Shown one piece after another: positions 18,621-29,081 of a stretch of 64,000 nucleotides of DNA. How positions within the stretch are numbered: the stretch's first letter is position 1; the number at the start of each line of letters is the position of its first letter. The stretch lies in the NCBI GenBank assembly GCA_963422375.2, contig OY729428.2, positions 1,568,001-1,632,000 on the forward strand, written 5' to 3'. Below the pieces are notes generated by a model. It was given only the letters and a program-made list of their open reading frames with translations, was not told where the DNA came from and did not search any database. The position numbers were made by a program, and so were the translations under genes. This DNA is from Bryobacterales bacterium (GTDB taxonomy: Bacteria > Acidobacteriota > Terriglobia > Bryobacterales > UBA6623).

Positions 18621-20339
18621 CTAGTGCTGGATGCCGTAGGCGCGATGCACGTCGTCGACCGATAGAGTGCCCACTAGGTAGCTGGAGTTGATCCGGCTCG
18701 CGACCGGGAGCAGCGGATAGACCGCCAGCTTGCGCAAGGCCTGGTCGATCGGCTCGTCTGGATGCGTGCGAACGACCGCGCGCGTCGCCACGGCCTCCCG
18801 CGCGGCCTTCGCGCGCTCGCCCGCCTCGGCGGCCCGCGCGAGATCCCGTCTTGCCAACCAGCCCCATCGGCCGTGGCGAATCTTCACCAGCACGGCGTCC
18901 GTGCCCAGCCGGTTCGCGAGGGCTAGAGCGTCGGACACGTTGGCCTGCGGCGGGACAAGCGGCTCCTGCCCCCTGCGCATGGCGTCCTCGACGCACATCA
19001 CCGGCGCCTCGCGCCGCTCCTCGGCGGACGGCAGGTCCAGCCCGTCCTGATACCCCGCCAGCTGGAGCACGGACTCGTGTTGCAGCCGGCGCGATACGAG
19101 GAACCCCACCGTGTTGGCGATCATCACGGGAAGGATGATCTGATAGCTAGCGCTCAGCTCGAACACCATGAACACGGAGGTCATGGGCGCGCGGAAGACA
19201 CCGGCGAAGAACGTCCCGATTCCGACCAGCACGTAGGCGCCCGTCGAGCTGGTCGACGCGGGCCAGAGCCGGTGCGCTATCCCGCCCATGCCGCCGCCCA
19301 GCATCCCTCCGACGAAGAGAGTCGGCGCGAACAGCCCCCCCGGAGTCCCGCAACTGAAGCACAGCGCCATGGTCAGCAGCTTCAGGACGCAGAACAGCAG
19401 CAGCGTGTTCCATTGGAACCGCTCGTGCAGCGCGCCGTCTATGACCTCGTATCCGGCTCCGAGGGTCTCCGGCACGACCGCTCCCGCGATACCGACGACT
19501 AGGCCCGCGAGCGCTGGCAGCCACAGCTTGTAGCGATCTGGCAGGGAGGTCGTGCGCCCCCGCAGCCGGATCGCGTAGCGGGCGAAGACCGCCGAAAGCG
19601 CACCGCCGGCGGCGCCGATCAGCGCGTACACGGGCAGTTCCGAGTACCCGACTAGCTCGAAGTCGGGCACGCGAAAGAGCGGCTCGTCGCCCAGGAACCA
19701 GCGGCTGGCCACGACGGCCGAAACCGAAGAGATGACGATCGAGCCCAGCACGCCGGCGTTCCAAGCGGCGACCACCTCTTCCATCACGAACAGCACCGCC
19801 GCGATGGGGGTGTTGAAGGCGGCGCCGATGCCGGCCGCGGCGCCGATCGGGGCGATCAGGCGCATGTGGTCACGGGTCAGGTGGAATATCCGGCCGAGCA
19901 CGGACGCGATTCCGGCCCCCATCTGCAGGGCCGGATCTTCCGGTCCCATGGGGTTGCCGGTCCCGATGGACAGCGTTGACGTAGCGAACTTCCCCAAGAC
20001 GCTGCGAAACGGTATGTAGCCGTCGGATGCGTAGACGGCCGTCTTGGTGTAGTTGATGCCCGTGCCGCGGGCGGTCGGCACGACGAAGTGAACCAGCGCG
20101 TAGGCGGCGAGGCCTCCGGCTGCGGGCCAGAGGACCACTAAGAACGTCGAAGCCTCCTCGAGAGAATGAATCGTGTTCCAGTTCAGGTACTCGATCGAGA
20201 TGTGGAAGCAGACCACGACGAGCCCCGAGAGGATGCCGATCACGATCGACAGCAGCAGGAATCGCTGCGGCTCGTCGAGCACGGGGCTCTTCTTGCTCAG
20301 CTGGTCGAGCCTCCCCAGGATGTCGCGCAGCGGGTTCAT
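18621..20339 (-). CDS. ClC chloride channel/transporter with C-terminal CBS domains
   Basis: GTGIN, GPEDP, GAAAGIGAAFNTPIAAVLFVMEE, GGLFAP and RAPMTS; CBS pair at the C-terminus. Confidence 0.93.
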   Translation of the reverse strand: MNPLRDILGRLDQLSKKSPVLDEPQRFLLLSIVIGILSGLVVVCFHISIEYLNWNTIHSLEEASTFLVVLWPAAGGLAAYALVHFVVPTARGTGINYTKTAVYASDGYIPFRSVLGKFATSTLSIGTGNPMGPEDPALQMGAGIASVLGRIFHLTRDHMRLIAPIGAAAGIGAAFNTPIAAVLFVMEEVVAAWNAGVLGSIVISSVSAVVASRWFLGDEPLFRVPDFELVGYSELPVYALIGAAGGALSAVFARYAIRLRGRTTSLPDRYKLWLPALAGLVVGIAGAVVPETLGAGYEVIDGALHERFQWNTLLLFCVLKLLTMALCFSCGTPGGLFAPTLFVGGMLGGGMGGIAHRLWPASTSSTGAYVLVGIGTFFAGVFRAPMTSVFMVFELSASYQIILPVMIANTVGFLVSRRLQHESVLQLAGYQDGLDLPSAEERREAPVMCVEDAMRRGQEPLVPPQANVSDALALANRLGTDAVLVKIRHGRWGWLARRDLARAAEAGERAKAAREAVATRAVVRTHPDEPIDQALRKLAVYPLLPVASRINSSYLVGTLSVDDVHRAYGIQH

Positions 20340-21541
20340 TGCGATAACTTGCGCAGCACAAGCCGGAGCGGCTCGTCCCGGGGCGGGCGCTCCCCGCAGA
20401 GCGGCTTGGCGACGCTCCAGACCTCCTCAGCGAGGAGGATGTTGACTTCGAAGGCCTCGTCGAGGGCCTCTAGGCTCTCCTTGCGCAGGGCTCTCGCGGC
20501 TCTCTCTACCGTCGCTGCACTGTCCGAGGGCAGCGACGCGACCGGTCCGACGAACCCGGGATCGCCGGTTCCCCTGCAGTGCGACAGCGCTGCGATGGCG
20601 CGCTCGATCAGCACCCTGCTCCGCGCGTAGCGCCCGCCGGAGCCGATGCCTCGCCGTGTCGGGTCGAGTTCGATGACGCGCCTGCACAGGTCGATCCGAG
20701 CGGCCGTCTCTTCGTCCTCGGCTAGCGCCTGAGCAGCCGCGAAGTGCGTCTTGGCCGCGCCGTAGTTGCCGAGGCGGAACTCGGCCTCGGCCCGGCCCAG
20801 CCGCGCGTTCCGGTTTCCGGGGGCCATTGCGAGCACGGACTCGAACAGGGAGGACGCCCGGTCGTACAGGCCGCGCTTAAGCAGCAAGGCCGCGACGCGG
20901 GCTCGGACAGCGACGTCGTCCGGGGCGGTGTCGGCCAACTCCGCGAGCTCGGCGGTCATCTGGAGCTCGCCGCCGGCGTTTTCCAGCACTTCGACAAGCT
21001 CCATCCGCACGCCGAGGCGGGCGTCTTCCTCGCCGGGCTCCCAGTGGCCGTGAATGGCCGTGCGGTAGTACGAGACCGCCTCGCCCACGCGGTTGTCCCG
21101 TGCGGCCAAGCGGGCGAGCAGAAGATTGAGCACGCCGGAGGCGGGATCTTCCATGCGAAGCTCGACGAGATGGGTCTCTGTTTCCGTGAAGTTGCCGTGG
21201 GCAAACAGCGCCCGCGCCAAGCCGAGTCGGTAGAGCGCGTTGTCCCGCGAATACAGAAGCGCGTCCCGGTAGTGGCTGATGGCGTCCTCGTATCGCCCTT
21301 GGGCCATCATCTGCTCGGCAGACTCGAAATGCTGCGCCCCGCGCGACCTGCCTTCGCTCCGGAAGGACCGGGCGAACAGGCCGGTCAGCACGAAGAGCGC
21401 GACCATGGCGCCGAACACCACAACCAGGATGCGCGGGGACGCGCCCTCGGCAATCACGGACCGCCCGCGGCAATGCGGGCACTCCGCTCCGGGATGCGCG
21501 ATCTCATTGCGACAGATCAGGCAGGTGAAGCGTTGGGCCAT
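20336..21541 (-). CDS. Membrane-anchored TPR protein with an N-terminal CxxC/CxxC ribbon
   Basis: CLIC...CPHC, one TM helix, repeated TPR-like helices; ATGA overlap with the ClC start. Confidence 0.85.
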   Translation of the reverse strand: MAQRFTCLICRNEIAHPGAECPHCRGRSVIAEGASPRILVVVFGAMVALFVLTGLFARSFRSEGRSRGAQHFESAEQMMAQGRYEDAISHYRDALLYSRDNALYRLGLARALFAHGNFTETETHLVELRMEDPASGVLNLLLARLAARDNRVGEAVSYYRTAIHGHWEPGEEDARLGVRMELVEVLENAGGELQMTAELAELADTAPDDVAVRARVAALLLKRGLYDRASSLFESVLAMAPGNRNARLGRAEAEFRLGNYGAAKTHFAAAQALAEDEETAARIDLCRRVIELDPTRRGIGSGGRYARSRVLIERAIAALSHCRGTGDPGFVGPVASLPSDSAATVERAARALRKESLEALDEAFEVNILLAEEVWSVAKPLCGERPPRDEPLRLVLRKLSQ

Positions 21542-22399
21542 CGCGGCGGATCCCCGCTGTTCTCAGAATAGGAAACGTTCGGCGAGTCCTTCCGCAGCCC
21601 CTGTCCGCCGTCTGGCCGGAAGCCTTGGGCCGGGCCCCAACGGGCTGCGACCTCCGGCTAGGTACTGGCGGAGGTATTCCCGGTGCGGCGCGTCGGAAGG
21701 GCCCCGCTAACCTCCGTCATTCGTGAATGCCGCCCAAGCCAATGGAAGTAGCTGCTGAGGTCTCTGTGAGCCCGCCGATCTCGCTCCCGAATCGGGTCTG
21801 GGCGGGGAATGCGATGTCCTCGTTCTGGTTGCGGTCCTCCAGCGAGCGGAGCCGACCGGGTCGTTGAGGTCACGCTCGACAGCACTGGCGCCTGAGAGCT
21901 GCCGCCTGACAGGGCGCGGGCGGTCCAAGCGATCCAGCCGGGCACGGCCGCAGTACAAGGGCGAGGAACTCGGGGATGCCCTGTCTTGAGACAGGCTGGG
22001 CCTCGTCGCTGCCGCGAATCCGCTGAACGAAGTGATGGGCACGATTGTCGCGGGCGAGCCGTTCCACGAGTGCTTCGCGGGCTGCCCGGCGCGCAGAGGA
22101 TTCCGCGAACCCGCCGACTCGGGAAGCGCGGTCCTGCGCCGGCCGATGATGGATCCATCTGCGACGGGCAGCGCATGCTTCGAGCGCTTCGGTGTCGCCG
22201 GCTCGACCGTCGTGACCCAAGAGCGGATCGGCCGAGTCGTCGAGGAACTCCGAGCGATGACGACCAGTCGAACTGCACGCCCGCCCCCCTCCATGGTCGC
22301 GATCCGTCGACTTCGGCGAGGTCGGGGCACTTGCATTGCAGACTGCCGCAGGCACGGACCGTCATCGGCTGGCTGGGGTGCCGCGCGGGACCGACGCAA

Positions 22400-23150
22400 T
22401 CAAGCGCCCCATACATGGGTCGTCATGTCTCCGACGGTCTCGTCGCGACAAAGCAGCTCTTGCTCCCAAGACCTGGCTCGACGGTCGAACACAACCAGAT
22501 GGCCTGCAGATGGCCTGCATCCGCACCGTTGCGGTCCATTGTACGGCGCCGGCTGCTCTAATCCCTTGCGCACCGTGCCCTCCAATTCGCCCCGCAGGAG
22601 CTTGCGCTCCACCACGAATGTCCGCTCGAGCCCCTCCCTCCGGCGGCCAGAACGCCCGCATGTCGGTGCGCCCGCGACCCAGGCCGTACTCCCGCTCGAT
22701 GCAGCCGCCGCCGTTCACCACGCGCATCAGGTACGCCTGCAGCAGCGCGCTGGCCTCCTCGTATTGGAAGCGACCGAACCAGTGCTCTGAGTACTGCCGG
22801 AAGAACTCCTGGAAGCCCACCAGAGGCCGGTCCATGTCGGGGTCGCTGGCTGCGTCCACGTACCGCGCGGCCTGCACGTCCAAAGCCTCCTAAATCGCTC
22901 AAGTGAGCTCCGGCGGCACGACCTCGGCGTAGATCGAATTGGCGAGGCGCTACGGCGCGTCGCGCGCCACAAGACCCAGATCTCGCACCCACTCCAAGTC
23001 CGGGCATCCCAGATCGGATTCGGAGGAGTCGCCGAGCAGGGGTTTGATCACCCGCTGCACGCGCTCCTCCCGCAGCCTGTCCGCCAGCTGATCCAGATGC
23101 ACTGCCATCCGCCTGATGAGCGTCTCTTCCGCTACGACAAAGTTCGCTCG
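22400..23150 (-). pseudogene. 3' remnant of an AAA-ATPase / PD-(D/E)XK-like domain gene
   Basis: Fragments HLDQLADRLREERVQRVI, DLEWVRDLGLV, FQEFFRQYSE, LLQAYLMRVVNGGGCIEREYGLGRGRTD, GHLVVFDR and VWGA across frames, with internal stops. The 5' part is missing next to the IS remnant. Confidence 0.75.
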
Positions 23151-23219
23151 GCTGATGCGCCGCGCGCGTCTCCGCCCGGACCTGTTCCTAGAGCAGGCCT
23201 GCTTGCAGGGAACCAATAC

Positions 23220-24386
23220 GAGTGCCGAGGCAACCAATTCTTCCAGATTATCCGGCCATAATATTATTTCATTTTCTCCCGAATATTTGTTAATAATACG
23301 CGGATTTTCTCGGTAGAATAGTTTCGTTAATGGATGCTAAATATGAAGAAGATATGTCCAGAAATTGATTTCGTAAAGGCATCAGATTGATCCAAGTGAT
23401 CACCATGTTCCCCGCTGAAGAATCCGCGGAAAAGTGGATCGCCCCCATGCACGCGCAAGACGTTCCCGTATGCACCCAGTGCCACGGCTCCAGCGTGCAG
23501 TCCGGCACGGCCCACGCTGCGATGCCGTACCGTTGCCGCGGTTGCGGCGAGCGCTTTTCGGTGCGCACCGGCAGTGTGGCGGCCGACGCCATGCTAGGCT
23601 GCCGCATCCGGGCCATCGCCATGTTCCGGCTCACCACCGGCCTGAAGGGCGTTTCCAGTATGAATCTGCACCGCGACCTAGGCATCAGCCGGAAGTCGGC
23701 GTGGCACCTGGCGCACCGCATCCACTCGTGCCGGGCGCGCAGGTCCGCTCTGGCGAGGCGGCGGCCTCTCCGTCGGCAAGGAGAGATTCCCGCACGAGGG
23801 CGTCAAGCACGTGCGCGGGGAAGCGCATACGAACGGCATCGGGTCGTTCCGGTCCCTGTTCACGCACCGCTCTTGCGGAACCCATCGCCACATGAACGTC
23901 CGTCGCTTGGGCCGCTACCTCACGGAGTTCGCGGGACGGCCCACAAGACGCTGACTCATCGGCAGCTTATCGGCGAGGCCCCGGTCGCGGCCTGAGCCCG
24001 GCATTGCCGATCAGCTGCCGGCTCTCTTCACGCTCGGAGCGGAGGGCACTCCGGATCCGAAAACCCACGGCACGGTCCGAGTCTAGCCCGGACGATTCAT
24101 GAATACGGTCTCGAGCTAGAGATCCAGTGTCTTTGGCCCCGGAGAGCATGAAATCGGCACGTAAGGGTTGCCTCTCCACGGCAATCCGGGTTCCACCGGG
24201 GCGTGCGAGGAGGCCTCTCTAGTCCCGTGTGCCGTGAAATCCGCTCGCAGGTGCGATTCAGATTCGAATCCACATTTCGGTACCTACCGCGGCTGGATAC
24301 GAACGACCCGAGCTGGGTGCCGACCTCCCCGATCGGAGCAGTCCTTGCCGGATTTCGCGTTGTCGGCACTCAGATATATTGTTCCC
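23220..24386 (+). mobile_element. Degenerate IS1595 type B copy with internal deletion
   Basis: Partial left IR GAGTGCCGAGGCAACC, right IR TCGGCACTCAGATATATTGTTCCC; transposase remnant 23387-23995 lacking the VDETY core; no TSD. Confidence 0.88.
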
Positions 24387-24901
24387 TTCCAATCCAGGGC
24401 GACGGCGAATTGGACGGCGATCCATCCCCTGGATTCCTAGGTGCTCGAGGCCGTCTACGATGCTGCTCGAGATGCGGCCCGTGGCCCACGGACCGGACAT
24501 CGCTGGCGGTTCAAGACACCCCGCCGGCAGGGCGTTCGGGGACGGGCCTGCGTGCCGGACGATTCGCGTGGCACCACATCGCTCTGTTGCGGCGGTCTCG
24601 CTATCGGGTCCGCCTCAGCACGCCGTTGTCCGCCACCGCGCGGCCCTACCGACGGGGAACTGTTCGGATGGAAGTCGAACCCGTTCCGTGTGCCGCTCAC
24701 GGCGGCCGCCTGCGAGATCTTCCAGCAACTGCGCTGGCAGTTGCGCGGGATGTCGCTGTGCCAAGCCGTGCCCCATCCCCAAGCCGTGCCCCATCCCCGA
24801 GTGAGGCACTCCAGCGACTCGCGAGGCACCTCCGAAACCTGGCTTTCCCCGCCCGAAGCCGCTTCGGAGGCGAATCGGGCGGTTTCCAAGTGGCCCAGAC
24901 T

Positions 24902-25516
24902 CTAGGTCCCTACCATTGCACGGCGCTCATGAAGCATGCGGGCCAGCGCTCGGAAAGCAAGGCGCGCGCCGCGCCCCACGTAGAACAGCGCGATAGCCGC
25001 GAGCACGATGGCGACGGCCAGAACGCATAGGAACAGGACCGGGTGCTTGAGGGCGAAGACAATGCCGCCGATCACGGCGGCGTCCTCGGCGAGCGAGAGG
25101 ATCCAATTCGTGACCGGCTCCGGGGAGGCGTTCGCGATAGCGCGCGCGCCCGCCTTCAGCGCATGAGACTGCGAAGCGAGTGTGCCGCCGACCGCCAAGG
25201 CCCCGACCTGCGCACCGAGGCCGCTCTCCGAGAATCCGCCCGCCGCCAGCAGAGCCCCGACTGGTATGCGCACGAACGTGTGCGCGAGGTCCCACGCGGA
25301 GTCGAGCCATGGAACCTTGTCGGCGAAGAACTCGGCCGCATACATCGCCAGTGCCGGCCCGATCACCCACCAGCTCTCGAGTAGATCCAAGCTGCCGGAC
25401 AGTTCCAAGCCGCCGTAGCGGCCGAGCAGCCCGAGGGCCGCGCAGGTCGCGTATGCGTTGAGGCCGCTGGTCCACGCCCCGCCCAATGACTGGGCGATCA
25501 GCGCCGCTGGGTCCAT
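24902..25516 (-). CDS. DUF4126 family membrane protein
   Basis: WTSGLNAYA, EFFADKVPWLDSAWDLAHTFVRIP and NASPEPVTNWILSLAED. Confidence 0.88.
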   Translation of the reverse strand: MDPAALIAQSLGGAWTSGLNAYATCAALGLLGRYGGLELSGSLDLLESWWVIGPALAMYAAEFFADKVPWLDSAWDLAHTFVRIPVGALLAAGGFSESGLGAQVGALAVGGTLASQSHALKAGARAIANASPEPVTNWILSLAEDAAVIGGIVFALKHPVLFLCVLAVAIVLAAIALFYVGRGARLAFRALARMLHERRAMVGT

Positions 25517-25529
25517 CGCGGGAATGATA

Positions 25530-28500
25530 TCAAGGTCGCTCCCCCGCGACGGTCGGCGCGCCCTCTTGGCCATGCAAGGTCGATACGCGCACGTCCCATG
25601 GGACGGCCCGTCGCGCGATCTCAACCAGGTGGTCGTGGTGGGTGAAGACGAGGACCTGGCACCGTCGCGCCAGCCGCCCGAGCACGCGGAGTCCGGCCGC
25701 CGAACGTGCGTCGTCGAAGTTCACGAATAGGTCGTCCGCCACGAAGGGCAGCGGCTGGCCGCTCTCGATGTAGTCTTCCAGCGCGGCGATGCGCAGCGAG
25801 AGATACAGCTGGTCCGCCGAGCCCGCGCTCATGCCCTCGACCTCCACGCGCTCGCCCGACCGGCGTCGGCCTACCAGCCGGGGCTCGTCGCGCTCGTTGA
25901 AGTCCAGTTCCAATGCCTCGAATGACCCCAGCGTGAGCTCCTTGAAGAGTGTACCGGCCGTGCGGAGCATCGGTGCCTGCTTCTCGCGGCGGTGGCGGTC
26001 GATCGACCACTGCAGCAGCAGCGCGGCGGATCTTACGCGGACATACTGCGCCGCGACCTCCTCCATCTCGGCCAGGGCGTTCTGGCGCGCGCCCTCCGCG
26101 ACTGCCGCCCTGTCGCTGCCGCCGACTTCGCTCAGGCTTGTCTCGGCCTCGCGCAAGCGGTCCCAAGCTTCGCGCTGGCGCTTGCGTAGCTCCGCGATGT
26201 CCTGTTCCAAGGTGTCTTGGCGAGCAGTCGCTTGGTCGAGATCCTGCCCGCGGCATTCTTTGACCAGTTCCTCGACGGAATATCCGTCGCCCTCCTGCTC
26301 GAGCGTCCCGTACGTATCGGCTAGGTCGGATCGGAACCGCCGGTACTGCGCGGCTCTCTCGATCGCGCTCCGCAGGCCCTCCGCGCTCTCCACACCGGCC
26401 AATGCCTGCAAGGCGGAGATGTCCTCTTGGGCCCGGCGCCTCCGCTCCGCTTGGGAGCGGATCTTGGATTCTAGGCGTCCGATGTCCGTGTCTTTCGCCT
26501 TCGCTGCTTGGCGCGCCTGCCGTGCCTGCTCGACGCGCCGCTGCAGTTCGATGGCTGCCTCGTCAGGATCCCTGTCACGGAGGCTCGGCGCCAGTGCGAG
26601 GACAAGTCCCCGCACATTCGCCTCGTAGCTGCCGATATCCTGTCGCATCATCTCGATTCGCTTTTCGCGCAAGTTGTCGATCTCCGACTTGACGCTGCGC
26701 ATTTCTTCGATCACGTTGATCTGCGCTTCGACCGAGTCCGGATTCGCGTCGGTCGGCAGGCCGATGCGCTCCACTGCTTGGGACCATCGGGCTCGCCATT
26801 CCTCCATGCCTCGTTCCGCTCTCGCTTCCGCACGGCCCTTCGACTCGACGACGGCCCGCACGTCCTTCAGGTCTGTCTCTAGCGACGCTCTCGTAGCCGC
26901 GGCCTGCTCGATTCGCTGTCGCTCCAGCGTGGCGAGGTCCAGGACCGACCGCAGTCCTCGGCTGCGCGGCACGGAGGCATCCCGGCCGAGGGCCCGCAAC
27001 TCGGAGAGGACTGCGTCCACCGCGCTCGACTCCCGGCGGCGCAGCGTCACCAGCAGCCGCTCGCCGCCGGACTGCCGGTCGATCGCCTCCTCCAGGCGTG
27101 CGTGCGTTTCCAGCCACGCGAGCATGGATTCGGGATCTAGCGGTTCGATCGATGCACCCGTCCACTGGGCCTGCCAGTCGTCGGCCAGCGCCGCGGATTC
27201 CCCGGACAGCTCCATCTGTTCCGCTTCCAGAGCGCGAACCTCTCGGAGCCTCGTCTCGATCAAGCGACTGAGTTCCTTGAGCTCCGCTACCGCCTTGGCC
27301 GTCTCGACGCTCCGGTCCACGGCTCGGTCGGCAGCGGCCACGGCCTGCTCGTAGGCCGCGGCGAGGCTGGCGCGGACTGCCGTGAACTGCCGCAGGTCCT
27401 TGTCGGGAACTGCCTCGCCGTCGATGTGCTTGCGACGGACAAGGGACCAGCCGGAATCGCGCTGCTTGCGCAGCTCGGCCACTCGGGCCGGGCTGACCGG
27501 CTCCTCGTCGGCTTCGATCCTGTCGCGGGTGGCTATGTGTTCGGCAAGGTCCCTCTCTGCCGAGCGCAGCCGCTCCTTGCAGCTGGCGATGCGGCGGTCC
27601 AACGCCGCCCGAGCGTCCCGGTGCGATCGCACGACCGACGGGGAGGGCACCTCGAGCGCGGCCGCGCTCGATGCCGGGCGCGGATGCAGCCGGCCGAACA
27701 GGCTCCGCGCCTCGGATTCCGCGCCGGCTACGTCTCGCTCCGTCGAGCGGATCTGCGTGCCCAAGTCGCCGAGCTCGCGGTTGGTGGCCGACAGCACGGC
27801 GCCGAGCGAAGAGGTGTCGGGCGGAATGCCGAAGCTCTCCAAGCGCTCCCTGATTCCTGCCAAGCGCAACTCCGCTTCGCTGCGGGCGACGCGCGCCGAC
27901 CTAGCCTGCTCGAGCCTCTCGGCGTGCTGCGCGATTAGAGCCCGCACCTCCGCGACCCGCGCTCGCAGCGGGATTTTCGCAGCCAGGTCTCGGTTCGCCC
28001 AGCCGAGCTCTTGCGCGAGGGCCCGCATCCTGCCTTCTTCGGCGGCGAGTTCGGCCTGTCGCTTTGGCAGGTCGCGTCTCTCGGGTTGAATCTCTATGCG
28101 GCGCTCGAAGAGCCGGTCGAGGTCCGCGGCACGGCGCAATAAGGCGCCGTCCCAGTTGAGTGCCTCCCTCTCGCGCCTGAGTCGCTCGAGCTCGGCTCCG
28201 AGCTCCTCCATCCGGTGACTCGCCGACTGCGCGTCGCGCTCGGCGTGCTGCAGGGTCTCGGCAGCGCTTTCCGGAATGTCCGCGACGGTGCCGAGAGAAC
28301 TGATATCGCTCTCTAGCCTAGCCTTGTGGCGCACCAGCCGGGCGACCCTGCGAAGGCGCTCGAGCTTCCGTTGCTCGGCGCTCTTCGCTTGGATCTCAAG
28401 GTCGAGATCCTCGTGCTCCTGCTTGCGGGTCTTGTACGCGACCTCGAGCTCGCGCCACTTCCCGGCGCTCACGGTGCTCTCGCGGCGGGCGGCGTCCGCC

Positions 28501-29078
28501 TGTTCTAGGCGGTCCTTCGCCTGGTAGTACTTGCGGTGCCCTGCCTTTCTCTTGCTCCAGAGAAGGTCCGCGTTCTCGTCGAGCTTGCGCCGCACCGCCC
28601 GGAGGTCCTGGAAGCCCGACCCCGCCGAGAACAGCGCCTCTCCGATGTCCCCCTTCGCGGCGAGGATCTCTCGGCCGCCGGTCCGCAGCCGCTCGTGGTC
28701 CAGGCTGAAGATGCGCTCGAAGCGCTCCCTCGTGGTGCCGCCGAGGAATGGCGCCAGAAGCCGCTCCCCGGCGGGGAGCGGCACGTCTTCGCTTGACAGC
28801 AGGGTGTTCTTGGTGCCCTTGCGTCTGCGGAGGCTCAGGCTGTCGCCGTCGGATTCCAAGATCGCGCCGAGTCGCATGTCCCTGTACGCGTGGACGAAGT
28901 TCATGGCGGACCTGGCAGGCATCCCGAAGAGCAGGTCTTCGAGCGCCGTCATCACCGTTGACTTGCCGGCCTCGTTCGGACCCACCACGATGTGCAGGTC
29001 GGGGGCCTCGCGGGGTAGATCCACGCAGGCGTCGGTGAAGCGCCCGTAGCGGATGAGCTCGAGTCGTCGGACGCGCAC
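25530..29078 (-). CDS. yhaN: YhaN-like SMC/Rad50-type ATPase (AAA_27)
   Basis: Walker A GPNEAGKST, long coiled coil, signature MSAGSADQLYLSLR, Walker B PFVADDLFVNFDD, and FTHH. Confidence 0.9.
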   Translation of the reverse strand: MRVRRLELIRYGRFTDACVDLPREAPDLHIVVGPNEAGKSTVMTALEDLLFGMPARSAMNFVHAYRDMRLGAILESDGDSLSLRRRKGTKNTLLSSEDVPLPAGERLLAPFLGGTTRERFERIFSLDHERLRTGGREILAAKGDIGEALFSAGSGFQDLRAVRRKLDENADLLWSKRKAGHRKYYQAKDRLEQADAARRESTVSAGKWRELEVAYKTRKQEHEDLDLEIQAKSAEQRKLERLRRVARLVRHKARLESDISSLGTVADIPESAAETLQHAERDAQSASHRMEELGAELERLRREREALNWDGALLRRAADLDRLFERRIEIQPERRDLPKRQAELAAEEGRMRALAQELGWANRDLAAKIPLRARVAEVRALIAQHAERLEQARSARVARSEAELRLAGIRERLESFGIPPDTSSLGAVLSATNRELGDLGTQIRSTERDVAGAESEARSLFGRLHPRPASSAAALEVPSPSVVRSHRDARAALDRRIASCKERLRSAERDLAEHIATRDRIEADEEPVSPARVAELRKQRDSGWSLVRRKHIDGEAVPDKDLRQFTAVRASLAAAYEQAVAAADRAVDRSVETAKAVAELKELSRLIETRLREVRALEAEQMELSGESAALADDWQAQWTGASIEPLDPESMLAWLETHARLEEAIDRQSGGERLLVTLRRRESSAVDAVLSELRALGRDASVPRSRGLRSVLDLATLERQRIEQAAATRASLETDLKDVRAVVESKGRAEARAERGMEEWRARWSQAVERIGLPTDANPDSVEAQINVIEEMRSVKSEIDNLREKRIEMMRQDIGSYEANVRGLVLALAPSLRDRDPDEAAIELQRRVEQARQARQAAKAKDTDIGRLESKIRSQAERRRRAQEDISALQALAGVESAEGLRSAIERAAQYRRFRSDLADTYGTLEQEGDGYSVEELVKECRGQDLDQATARQDTLEQDIAELRKRQREAWDRLREAETSLSEVGGSDRAAVAEGARQNALAEMEEVAAQYVRVRSAALLLQWSIDRHRREKQAPMLRTAGTLFKELTLGSFEALELDFNERDEPRLVGRRRSGERVEVEGMSAGSADQLYLSLRIAALEDYIESGQPLPFVADDLFVNFDDARSAAGLRVLGRLARRCQVLVFTHHDHLVEIARRAVPWDVRVSTLHGQEGAPTVAGERP

Positions 29079-29081
29079 CGC

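Noticed and set aside
21900..22330. Protein-like + strand stretch (QYKGEELGDALS*DRLGLVAAANPLNEVMG...)
   Set aside because: It has an internal stop and no family I can recognise; possibly a gene remnant but not supportable.
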